From an uncultured Gammaproteobacteria bacterium (lineage in GTDB: Bacteria > Pseudomonadota > Gammaproteobacteria > GCA-002705445 > GCA-002716945), in assembly GCA_902559355.1 (NCBI GenBank), contig CACEHM010000004.1:18679-82678 (forward strand): a DNA stretch of 64,000 bases, in the 5' to 3' direction. Positions 1 through 8,453 of this stretch are shown piece by piece. How positions within the stretch are numbered: the first letter of the stretch is position 1; each line of letters opens with the position of its first letter. The notes below the pieces were generated by a model, which was given only the letters and a program-made list of their open reading frames with translations, was not told the origin of the DNA and made no database searches. The translations under genes and the position numbers were made by a program.

Positions 1-16
1 AGAATATGGATGGTGT

Positions 17-232
17 GTGAGAAAATTAAGTAAATCTGATCAAACAAAAGCAAACGTATTTTTCGATAAAATAAAAGCACTACCTATATTAAAAAAATTA
101 GAAATAGAGCACACTAAAGAAGTAAAAATATTAAATCTTATTTCACTATTGAGAATAGCTCCATATGTTAGAGACAAAATTACAGAAAATTGGCTAGTCC
201 ACCAGCTAAATAAAATTACAAGAGATTTATAA
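17..232 (+). CDS. hypothetical protein, possibly the 3' end of a gene cut by the window edge
   Basis: GTG-initiated 71-aa ORF. The frame stays open back to nt 2. No recognisable motif. Its TAA shares one nt with the next ATG (TAATG). Confidence 0.25.
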   Translation: MRKLSKSDQTKANVFFDKIKALPILKKLEIEHTKEVKILNLISLLRIAPYVRDKITENWLVHQLNKITRDL

Positions 233-1299
233 TGACAACACTCATTCTACCAGTAGCAGGCAAATCAAGCAGATTCAAAGGTCTAAGACCTAAGTGGCTT
301 TTAACAATGCCTGACGGGAAATTACTTATCGAAAAATCTATTAGGGATATTAATTTGGATGAAATGAATAAAATCGTGATTATTTGCTTACAAGAACATC
401 TTGATAAATACATTAACAAGAGTGATCTTATCAAGTTATTTTCAGATCTAAAGTTATCGGTTGAAATTGTTGTACTAAAAAAACAAACTTCATCAGTTGC
501 TGAGACAGTTGCAAAGGGTATAGTGAAAGCAGATATAAGTGGACCAATCTTTATAAAAGACTGTGACAATACCTTTGCTTTAAAATTTAAAGGTAATAAT
601 AGTGTTGCAGTTATAGATCTGAATACTATTGACTTTATTGATGCTAAAAATAAAAGTTATGTTGAAGTGGATAAACTTCATCACATCAAAAACATCGTGG
701 AAAAAAATGTAATTAGTAATTTATTTTGCTGTGGCGGTTATGGATTTAAAGACTCTTCTGAATTCATTAAATATTTCAAGAGGATATTTAAAGCAAATAC
801 TGAGGGAGAAATTTACATTTCACATGTGATTTATAGCATGCTGATTGATGGTGAAGTGTTTAAAGCAGAAAAAGCGGATAGTTATGAAGATTTTGGCACA
901 TCGAAAGAGTATTTTTCATATATGAATACATTCTTGACTGTGTTCTGTGATATTGATGGGGTTCTTCTTGAGAATGGAAGTAAATTTGGTAAGAAAAAAT
1001 GGAAAACAGAAGCTTTAGAAAATAACATAAAATTACTTGCCGAATATCAAAGAAAGTCAAAATTATACTTGATTATCACAACATCACGTCCGGAGTCCGA
1101 GAAATCATATATTACGAAGATACTAGCTAAATTTGATTTAATTCCTGACCAGTACGTAATGGGACTACCTCATACAAAAAGATATTTAATAAATGATTTT
1201 ACTCAATCTAATCCTTATCCAAGTGCAATCAGTATTAATATCAGTAGGGATTCTGATAATCTTGAAAAACTACTCAAACCTATTCTTAAAGATTTTTAG
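232..1299 (+). CDS. sugar-phosphate nucleotidyltransferase / HAD-family phosphatase fusion protein
   Basis: N-terminal nucleotidyltransferase-type motif LILPVAGKSSRF. C-terminal third carries HAD motif I FCDIDGVLLENG and a downstream IITTSRP motif. Confidence 0.55.
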   Translation: MTTLILPVAGKSSRFKGLRPKWLLTMPDGKLLIEKSIRDINLDEMNKIVIICLQEHLDKYINKSDLIKLFSDLKLSVEIVVLKKQTSSVAETVAKGIVKADISGPIFIKDCDNTFALKFKGNNSVAVIDLNTIDFIDAKNKSYVEVDKLHHIKNIVEKNVISNLFCCGGYGFKDSSEFIKYFKRIFKANTEGEIYISHVIYSMLIDGEVFKAEKADSYEDFGTSKEYFSYMNTFLTVFCDIDGVLLENGSKFGKKKWKTEALENNIKLLAEYQRKSKLYLIITTSRPESEKSYITKILAKFDLIPDQYVMGLPHTKRYLINDFTQSNPYPSAISINISRDSDNLEKLLKPILKDF

Positions 1300-1310
1300 G
1301 ACCCATAATT

Positions 1311-3074
1311 ATGCCAACAATAGGAAAATTCATTAGAAATCTCAGACAAATATGGATTTATATTTCTGAGAAGAGAAAACGGCAATTATTTCTTTTAATT
1401 GCACTCTCTTTAGTTTCTGCCTTTGCAGAAATTATCACAATTGGTTTAGTTGTTCCTTTTTTGGCTATTCTAACTAATCCTCAGGTATTAATGGAGTTCG
1501 TGCATATTAATAATTTCATGAAATATTTGAATTATGATGCTACAAATCTATCTGTTGTTGACGTGTCTATCTTCTTTGCAGTTGCAGCTCTTTTGTCTGG
1601 AATAATAAGAGTCCTTATGATCTATATGACTGTAAGATTCTCATTCGCAACAGGTTCTGACCTAGCTTTAAAAATGTATTCAAAAGTCTTAAATCAAGAA
1701 TTCAAAACACACATAAACAGAAATAGTAGTCAAATAGTTGATATTGTTTTCCAAAAGATAAATCTGGTTATACAGAACGTTATCGTCACTTCTATAACAT
1801 TAATAAGTTCAATTATTATAATATCGATGATATTTTTATTTTTATTATTTATAAAACCCATCGTAACAATAGGAACATTATTAGTTCTCGGTTTATCATA
1901 TGCAATATTAATTAAGTTTACGAGAAATCGTGTCTATTCCAATAGTACATTAATTGCAAAAAATTCGAATCTTGTTATTAAGAATATACAAGAAGGTGTT
2001 GCAGGAATTAGAGAAATATTATTAACTGGAACACAGAAACTATTTATCCAAAAATTTCATAATGTACAATCTCCACTGAGACTCTCGCAGGCAGATAATT
2101 CTTTTATCTCATTCAGCCCGAGATATATCATGGAGACTGTTGGAATTCTATTACTGGTAGCACTTGCATATTTTTTGCACAGTCAAGGAGGTCTTGGGTC
2201 ATCTATAACGCTGCTAGGTGTTTTAGCTCTTACTTCACAGCGTTTATTACCATTGGTGAACCAATCATACTTCTCTTACACCAGTATAAGAGGAGAGCAA
2301 GTTTCATTGGAGGACGTTATCGACTTATTATCACAACCTCAAATTATTTTTGAAAAGGTCAATGATAGTTTCAAATTTGAAAAGAATATAATTTTAGAAA
2401 ATATTAATTTTTGTTATGATTCAAAAAAAAATGTTCTAAGCAACATAAATCTTGAAATTACTAAGGGGACTAAAGTCGGTATAATTGGGACCAGTGCGAG
2501 TGGCAAAAGTACCTTAGCTGATATTATTGCATGCTTATTAATGCCTGATTCTGGATCTATCAAAATTGATAATAAATTATTAGATAAAGGCAGTTATAAT
2601 CAATGGCAAAATAAAGTAAGTTATGTATCACAATCAATTTTTCTCAATGATAATACAATTGCTGAAAATATTGCATTTGGTGAGATAAAATCAGATATAA
2701 ATATAGAAAGAGTAAAGATGTGTGCTCAAAAAAGTCAACTAGCGACGACAATAGATAAGCTACCAGATAAATACAATACAGTCATCGGTGAGAAAGGGAC
2801 AAAACTCTCTGGCGGACAAAAGCAGCGATTAGCTATTGCTAGAGCACTTTATAGAGAATCTTCTTTTCTTATTTTGGATGAAGCTACTAGTGCTCTGGAC
2901 CATGAAACTGAAAAGCTTGTAATGGACTCAATAATGGGACTAGAAAAAGATATAACAATGTTAATTATAGCACATCGCACTACAACACTTGCAGGTTGTG
3001 ATACTATAGCAGAGTTAAAAAATGGAGAGATTACCTTCATAGGAGATTATAATAATCTTATGAAACAAAATTAA
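1311..3074 (+). CDS. ABC exporter, fused permease/ATPase (MsbA/PglK-like half-transporter)
   Basis: About 300 aa of hydrophobic TM domain, then Walker A GTSASGKST, signature LSGGQKQR, Walker B FLILDEATSALD and H-loop IAHR. Confidence 0.9.
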   Translation: MPTIGKFIRNLRQIWIYISEKRKRQLFLLIALSLVSAFAEIITIGLVVPFLAILTNPQVLMEFVHINNFMKYLNYDATNLSVVDVSIFFAVAALLSGIIRVLMIYMTVRFSFATGSDLALKMYSKVLNQEFKTHINRNSSQIVDIVFQKINLVIQNVIVTSITLISSIIIISMIFLFLLFIKPIVTIGTLLVLGLSYAILIKFTRNRVYSNSTLIAKNSNLVIKNIQEGVAGIREILLTGTQKLFIQKFHNVQSPLRLSQADNSFISFSPRYIMETVGILLLVALAYFLHSQGGLGSSITLLGVLALTSQRLLPLVNQSYFSYTSIRGEQVSLEDVIDLLSQPQIIFEKVNDSFKFEKNIILENINFCYDSKKNVLSNINLEITKGTKVGIIGTSASGKSTLADIIACLLMPDSGSIKIDNKLLDKGSYNQWQNKVSYVSQSIFLNDNTIAENIAFGEIKSDINIERVKMCAQKSQLATTIDKLPDKYNTVIGEKGTKLSGGQKQRLAIARALYRESSFLILDEATSALDHETEKLVMDSIMGLEKDITMLIIAHRTTTLAGCDTIAELKNGEITFIGDYNNLMKQN

Positions 3075-3084
3075 TGGGGTACTT

Positions 3085-3675
3085 ATGTCAGTCACAAAAG
3101 AGCAATTAATAAATTTTGAAAAAAAAGTAAAAAAAGTTTACGAAGAGGGAAAAATCCTTGCCCCGGTCCACTTATCTGGTAACAATGAGGATATATTGAT
3201 AGAGATCTTCAAAAAAATAGATAGGGAAGACTGGGTTTTCTCAAGTTGGAGAAATCATTATCATGCCTTGCTTCATGGAATAGATGAACATGAACTCTTC
3301 AATAAGATACTTGACGGTAGAAGTATGTCAATCAACTCAAAAGATCGAAATTTTTATTCATCTTCAATCGTAGGCGGTATTATACCTATAGCATTGGGTG
3401 CAGCGTTAGCACTAAAAAGAAATAAAGCAAAAAAAACCGTATGGTGCTTCATTGGTGACATGACATTTGAAACTGGTATATTCCATGAGTGTTATAAATA
3501 TTCACGTAATTTTGATCTTCCATTAAAATTTGTAGTTGAGGACAATGACCTGAGTACTAATACTCCAACTGAATTTGCTTGGAATAAAAAAAGTACTATT
3601 CCGAAAGATATAATCTATTATAAATATGAAAGACTTTATCCTCACCATGGAACAGGCTCTTGGGTATTATTTTAA
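3085..3675 (+). CDS. ThDP-dependent dehydrogenase E1 alpha-like subunit, short form (PP domain only)
   Basis: E1-alpha-like VHLSGNNED...WRNHYHALLHG. ThDP motif GDMTFETG...(about 25 aa)...VEDNDLS. Only 196 aa against about 320-370 for classical E1 alpha. Confidence 0.6.
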   Translation: MSVTKEQLINFEKKVKKVYEEGKILAPVHLSGNNEDILIEIFKKIDREDWVFSSWRNHYHALLHGIDEHELFNKILDGRSMSINSKDRNFYSSSIVGGIIPIALGAALALKRNKAKKTVWCFIGDMTFETGIFHECYKYSRNFDLPLKFVVEDNDLSTNTPTEFAWNKKSTIPKDIIYYKYERLYPHHGTGSWVLF

Positions 3676-4212
3676 ATGAAATATAAAGACGAATTAATTA
3701 GATCTATGAATTACCTTGCAAGTAATCAAAAAACTATATTTATTGGACAATCAGTCTCCTACTCAGGTAACGCAATTTTTAATACATTATCAGATATACC
3801 TAGTTCTAAAAAAATAGAAACTCCTGTTTTTGAGGATGTTCAAATGGGCATGTCACTCGGTATGGCATTAAATGGTTTCATACCAATTACTTGTTACCCA
3901 AGATATGATTTTTTAATATGTGCTTTAAATCAAATGATTAATCATGTCGATAAAATTCAATTTATGTCAGAAGGCAAGATGCAACCTCGAGTAATAATAA
4001 GAACATCAATAGGCCCAAAGAAGCCTTTAGACGGAGGTCCTCAACATACAGGAAATTATACTGAGGCTATTGAGAAAATGGTAACAGAAATTAAAGTTAT
4101 CAGTCTCAATGAACCTGAAGAGATCTTCCCAGCGTACCAAGAAGCTTTAGATAGTAAAGAGCCCAGGTGTACACTAATCATAGAAAATGGCGCACATTAT
4201 AATGATAAGTAA
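3676..4212 (+). CDS. E1 beta-like subunit, short form (Pyr domain only)
   Basis: E1-beta/transketolase Pyr-domain pattern IETPVFEDVQMGMSLGMALNGFIPI...NQMINHVDK...GGPQHTGN. 178 aa, so the C-terminal domain of classical E1 beta is absent. The ATG directly follows the alpha-like stop. Confidence 0.6.
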   Translation: MKYKDELIRSMNYLASNQKTIFIGQSVSYSGNAIFNTLSDIPSSKKIETPVFEDVQMGMSLGMALNGFIPITCYPRYDFLICALNQMINHVDKIQFMSEGKMQPRVIIRTSIGPKKPLDGGPQHTGNYTEAIEKMVTEIKVISLNEPEEIFPAYQEALDSKEPRCTLIIENGAHYNDK

Positions 4213-4226
4213 ATTAGGAATGAAAT

Positions 4227-5930
4227 TTGAAAAAAATTAGAGTAGTTGATTATATTATGGATTTCCTTTGTTCAAAGGGCTCGGATTCCATATTTGTCCT
4301 TACTGGAAATGGTTCGATGTATATAAATGATGCAATTGCTAAAACTAAAAGATTGAAATACTATACCGTACGCCATGAAACTGCAGCACCAATGATGGCA
4401 GAGAGCTACTCAAGGCTGACAGGTAAGTTAGGAGTTGTGTGTGTAACAGCTGGCCCAGGCGCAACTAATACAGTTTCAGGACTTGCAGAAGCTTGGGTTG
4501 ATTCTGGTGCAGTTATGGTATTATCTGGGCAGTCTCCAAGAAAACAAATTCCAAAGAATAATATTAGAACTTTTGGAACTGCTGGATTTAATGTATTGCC
4601 AGTTGTCAAGCCTATGACAAAGTATGCCGTATGTATAAATAATCCTAAGTCTATTAGATATCATCTTGAAAAGTCCTACCACATAGCAACTACTGGTAGA
4701 CCTGGGCCTGTATGGATTGATATACCAATGGATGTTCAGTATGCACTTATAGATCCAAAAAAACTAAAGAGCTTTTCTCTACCTTCCACAAAAAATATAC
4801 AAATACTCACACAAAAAATAAATACAATAATAGATATATTAATGGATTCCAAAAGGCCATTAATTATAGCCGGTCATGGTGTAAGGCAATCAAAATCAAT
4901 AGATATTTTGAAGAAACTTATAAATAAATTACAAATTCCAACAGGTTTCTCAAGGCTAGGTAATGACATCTTACCTTTTTCAAATAAGTTGAACATGGGG
5001 CAGTTAGGAAGAAGGGGTCAAAAGTACTCTAATAAGCTTTTAAAATCTGCAGATGTTGTGTTGGTTTTAGGCTGTAGATTAGCTACGCCATTAGGTGGCG
5101 AAAACTTAAATCATTTTGATAAGAAGGCTAAAATTATTATGATAGATATTGATAAGAATGAAATAGAATTCCTTAAAAAACACCTATATATGTACATCAA
5201 TGGAGATGTTAATATTTGTTTGAAAAATCTTTCTAAGTCAAAAAAACTTAAAAAACAACCAGAGTGGGATTCCTGGTTAAGTGAATGTTCATCCCTCAAA
5301 AATTCTAATCCTATGATTGAAAAAGATTTATTCAAAAATGATAAACAAATTGATCTTTATAATTTCATGTCAGAATTAGATAAATGTTCTAATCAAAATG
5401 ATATTTTTACGACAGATGCTGGCTCTAATTATTATGTTGGAGGACAAGTTTATTGTTTTGAAAATAATCAAAGAGAAATAACATCTGGAGCATATGCTGC
5501 AATGGGTTTATCAATTCCTTTAGCAATTGGTGCAGCTGTAGCCATGCCTGATAAAAGAATATTAGCTGTTACAGGAGACGGATCACTAGAACTGAATATA
5601 CAAGAACTAAAGACCATTAGTTATTACAACTTTAATATAAAACTATTTGTAATTAACAATGGTGGCTATGCCTCTATGAGAAACTGGCAAGATAAATTCT
5701 TTGATGGTAGAAGGATTGGTTCTGATAATGATACTGGCGCAGAAATGCTTGACCTCAGTGCAGTTGCCAAAGCATTTGATTTGAGGTACGAGTGTATTTC
5801 TGATGTAAAAAGCATGAATAAGGATATAAAGCGTATTTCTAAAAAACCAGGCCCAATTTTCATCGAAGTTGTATGTAGTTCAGAGCAAGAAATAGTTCAG
5901 GCCTATACTCTTACTGAATGGTCAAATTGA
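4227..5930 (+). CDS. ThDP-binding acetolactate-synthase-like enzyme (IlvB/YerE-like carboligase or decarboxylase)
   Basis: N-terminal Pyr domain VCVTAGPGATNTVSGLAEAW, a central domain, and C-terminal ThDP motif GDGSLELNIQELKT...VINNGGYASM. TTG start. Confidence 0.8.
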   Translation: MKKIRVVDYIMDFLCSKGSDSIFVLTGNGSMYINDAIAKTKRLKYYTVRHETAAPMMAESYSRLTGKLGVVCVTAGPGATNTVSGLAEAWVDSGAVMVLSGQSPRKQIPKNNIRTFGTAGFNVLPVVKPMTKYAVCINNPKSIRYHLEKSYHIATTGRPGPVWIDIPMDVQYALIDPKKLKSFSLPSTKNIQILTQKINTIIDILMDSKRPLIIAGHGVRQSKSIDILKKLINKLQIPTGFSRLGNDILPFSNKLNMGQLGRRGQKYSNKLLKSADVVLVLGCRLATPLGGENLNHFDKKAKIIMIDIDKNEIEFLKKHLYMYINGDVNICLKNLSKSKKLKKQPEWDSWLSECSSLKNSNPMIEKDLFKNDKQIDLYNFMSELDKCSNQNDIFTTDAGSNYYVGGQVYCFENNQREITSGAYAAMGLSIPLAIGAAVAMPDKRILAVTGDGSLELNIQELKTISYYNFNIKLFVINNGGYASMRNWQDKFFDGRRIGSDNDTGAEMLDLSAVAKAFDLRYECISDVKSMNKDIKRISKKPGPIFIEVVCSSEQEIVQAYTLTEWSN

Positions 5931-6742
5931 TGGATATTAAAAATCTAAAAGAAATATCCAATAAATTAAAATTCGAAATTATTAAGACAGCTTTTGACAA
6001 ACAAAAAGGAAGCTTAGGAGGAACACTGTCATGCCTCGATATACTTATAGCTTTATATTTCAAACCTATTCTAAATGTATCTTCTGACGAAGCTAATGAT
6101 ATAAACAGAGATCGATTTATACTTAGTAAAGGACATGCCTGTGTGGCATTGTATCTTATTCTAAAAAAATTAAATTACATTGATGATGAAACACTTCTGT
6201 CCTATGGTGATAATGGCGGTCTTGGAGCGCAATTAGATTATTACATACCAGGTGTCGATTGGAATACTGGCTCTCTTGGTCATGCACTTGGTGTTATTGC
6301 AGGTATGGCTTTATCTGCTCGTATGAATAGTCAGGATTATCATTCATATACTATTCTGGGTGACGCAGAAATGTCTGAGGGTTCCATATGGGAGGCATTA
6401 ACATTTATTGGTGATAACAAATTAAGTAATCTTACTTGTATCATAGATAGAAACAGATTGTCTGTCACAGAGGAACTAGAAGATGTTGGCCTTTTCCGAG
6501 ACTTTAATAGGATAATGTCTTCACTGGGCTGGGAACCTATTGAAATAGATGGCCATAACTATGATGAGATAATAACTTCTCTTCAAAAATCTCGTATTAG
6601 TAAAAAGCCAACAATAATTTTAGCCAATACTATTAAAGGCAAAGGTATATCGTTTATGGAAAATAACATTAAATGGCATGGTGCAATTCCATCAAAAGAA
6701 GAGGTAGAGATTGCAAGAGTGGAGCTAAATCAAGGTGAGTAA
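5930..6742 (+). CDS. transketolase, N-terminal (PP-domain) subunit
   Basis: LSKGHACVALY, GSLGHALGVIAGMA, GDAEMSEGSIWEAL...IIDRNRLS. ATG at 5930 shares one nt with the upstream TGA (TGATG). Alternative in-frame ATG at 5918. Confidence 0.8.
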   Translation: MDIKNLKEISNKLKFEIIKTAFDKQKGSLGGTLSCLDILIALYFKPILNVSSDEANDINRDRFILSKGHACVALYLILKKLNYIDDETLLSYGDNGGLGAQLDYYIPGVDWNTGSLGHALGVIAGMALSARMNSQDYHSYTILGDAEMSEGSIWEALTFIGDNKLSNLTCIIDRNRLSVTEELEDVGLFRDFNRIMSSLGWEPIEIDGHNYDEIITSLQKSRISKKPTIILANTIKGKGISFMENNIKWHGAIPSKEEVEIARVELNQGE

Positions 6743-7667
6743 CAATATAGATATAAGAGATGCATTCTTTGATGAGATTTATGAATGTGCAGTAAATGAT
6801 AAAGATATTGTTATTATTACAAATGACATGGACATATTTAGCTTAAAAAAATTTAAAAAAAATTTTCCTGAAAGATTTATAAATGTAGGTGTTGCTGAAC
6901 AAAATATGGTGAATTTAGCTGCAGGACTAGCATCATGTGGGAAAAAAGTTTTAGTATATGGAATACTCCCATTTTTAATTTATCGCTGCTTTGAGCAGCT
7001 TAAGTTTAATATCTGTAGTATGAATTTACCTGTTATCTTTGTAGGGGTAGGTACTGGATTAGGCTTCTCATTTGATGGTCCAACACATCATGGTATTCAT
7101 GATATTGGCTCACTTACTACCTTGCCAGAACTTGATATATATAACTTTGGTGATGTTGGCTCAGCAGCTCAAATTGGAAAAACGATTTTTGATAACAAAA
7201 ATCCATCTTTTATAAGACTTGATAAAGGAGATTTCCCTGCACTTGATAATTTTGAAAACATAAATAGAGGTTCATTTAATATTATTAAGCCAATAAAAGA
7301 AATTAATATTCTACTTACTGGATATATGACTAAACAATGCTATGAAATTTATAATTATTTTTCTAATATGGGTATAGAGCTTGGTATAGTTGATGTGTAT
7401 GGACTAAAGCCAATATCTGAAGATTTAAGAAAAAGTGTTATATATCCAAGTAAAAAATTAATTGTTATTGAAGAAAATTCTATTACCTGCGGTTTAGGCT
7501 CTATTCTCTCTAATATTTTAGCAATAAAGGGTCTGAATATTCCCCTTAAAATATTAGGATTAAGCAACAAACAAATATTTGATTATGGCGATAGAGATTG
7601 GCTTATAGCTAAAGAGAAATTAGCTATGAGTGATATTATAGAAAGAATACAAGAATTTATAATATAA
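6735..7667 (+). CDS. transketolase, C-terminal (Pyr + C domain) subunit
   Basis: FINVGVAEQNMVNLAAGLA, FDGPTHHGIHDIG. GTG start overlaps the N-subunit end by 8 nt. Confidence 0.8.
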   Translation: MSNNIDIRDAFFDEIYECAVNDKDIVIITNDMDIFSLKKFKKNFPERFINVGVAEQNMVNLAAGLASCGKKVLVYGILPFLIYRCFEQLKFNICSMNLPVIFVGVGTGLGFSFDGPTHHGIHDIGSLTTLPELDIYNFGDVGSAAQIGKTIFDNKNPSFIRLDKGDFPALDNFENINRGSFNIIKPIKEINILLTGYMTKQCYEIYNYFSNMGIELGIVDVYGLKPISEDLRKSVIYPSKKLIVIEENSITCGLGSILSNILAIKGLNIPLKILGLSNKQIFDYGDRDWLIAKEKLAMSDIIERIQEFII

Positions 7668-7676
7668 TCTGAGCAT

Positions 7677-8453
7677 ATGGATCTAAAATTAAAAGGCAAG
7701 AAGGCGTTTATATCCGGTGGAACACATGGAATAGGCCTTTCTATTGCAAAAAATCTTGGCCATGAAGGATGCGAAATTATTTTTTGCTCTAGAACTATAA
7801 AGAGACTTAATTTTACATTAGATTTGCTGAAAAATATGAATATTAGTGCCTATGGATATCAGTGTGACGCTCTTATTCGTGAGGATGTTGATAAGTGTAT
7901 TAATATTGTTAAAGATGAAATAGGAGGGATAGATATTCTTGTGAATAATGTAGGAGGCGGCGGCAGCTGGGGAAGTGAGGATATTACAAATACTGATGAG
8001 ATAATATGGCACCAAGTATATGAAAAAAATGTTACAGCAGCAATAAAGTTTACAAACGGATTTTTGCCTAGTATGGTCGAAAATAATTGGGGTAGAGTAA
8101 TCACTATAACATCTACTCTTGGAATAGAAGCTGGAGGCAGGCCTTGGTTTAATATTGCTAAAACTGCACAAACAGCTTTAATGAAAAATCTTTCAAAAAA
8201 TAAAATGTTTGTTAAAAAAGGCATAACATTTAATTGTATTGCTCCTGGACCAATAGACATTCCTGATACAGGATGGGCAATTAAAAAAAAGGAACCAAAA
8301 TTTGATGAATTTATAGATACGTTGATTCCGATGGGCAAATTAGGTAAACCTGAAGATGTCGCAAATATAGTTTCATTTATAGCATCTCCATTAGCTAAAT
8401 TTATTAATGGTTCCTCGATAACAGTTGACGGTGGAACAAGTACAGCATTTTAA
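7677..8453 (+). CDS. short-chain dehydrogenase/reductase family protein with atypical active-site motif
   Basis: Rossmann motif ISGGTHGIGLSIA and NNVG. Where YxxxK is expected the sequence reads PWFNIAK, with no Tyr. Confidence 0.7.
   Translation: MDLKLKGKKAFISGGTHGIGLSIAKNLGHEGCEIIFCSRTIKRLNFTLDLLKNMNISAYGYQCDALIREDVDKCINIVKDEIGGIDILVNNVGGGGSWGSEDITNTDEIIWHQVYEKNVTAAIKFTNGFLPSMVENNWGRVITITSTLGIEAGGRPWFNIAKTAQTALMKNLSKNKMFVKKGITFNCIAPGPIDIPDTGWAIKKKEPKFDEFIDTLIPMGKLGKPEDVANIVSFIASPLAKFINGSSITVDGGTSTAF

Noticed and set aside
2423-2431. A9/T9 homopolymer tracts in glycan genes as candidate phase-variation switches: A9 at 2423-2431 in the ABC exporter, T9 at 20089-20097 in a GT4 gene, T9 at 22295-22303 in the Wzy-like gene.
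   Set aside because: A rough expectation for a 64 kb, about 70% A+T sequence is several such runs by chance. Similar A8/T8 runs occur in housekeeping genes (lysC, alaS, hrcA).
7859-8338. 159-aa ORF antisense to the SDR gene. Similar long antisense or alternative-frame ORFs occur at 216-569, 7818-8171, 22796-23170, 29872-30189, 39146-39436, 47703-48020, 50845-51141 and 52139-52627.
   Set aside because: Each lies wholly inside a well-supported gene on the other strand. Their sequences are low-complexity or Ser/Pro/Ile-rich with no motifs. This is the usual shadow-ORF effect of codon bias.
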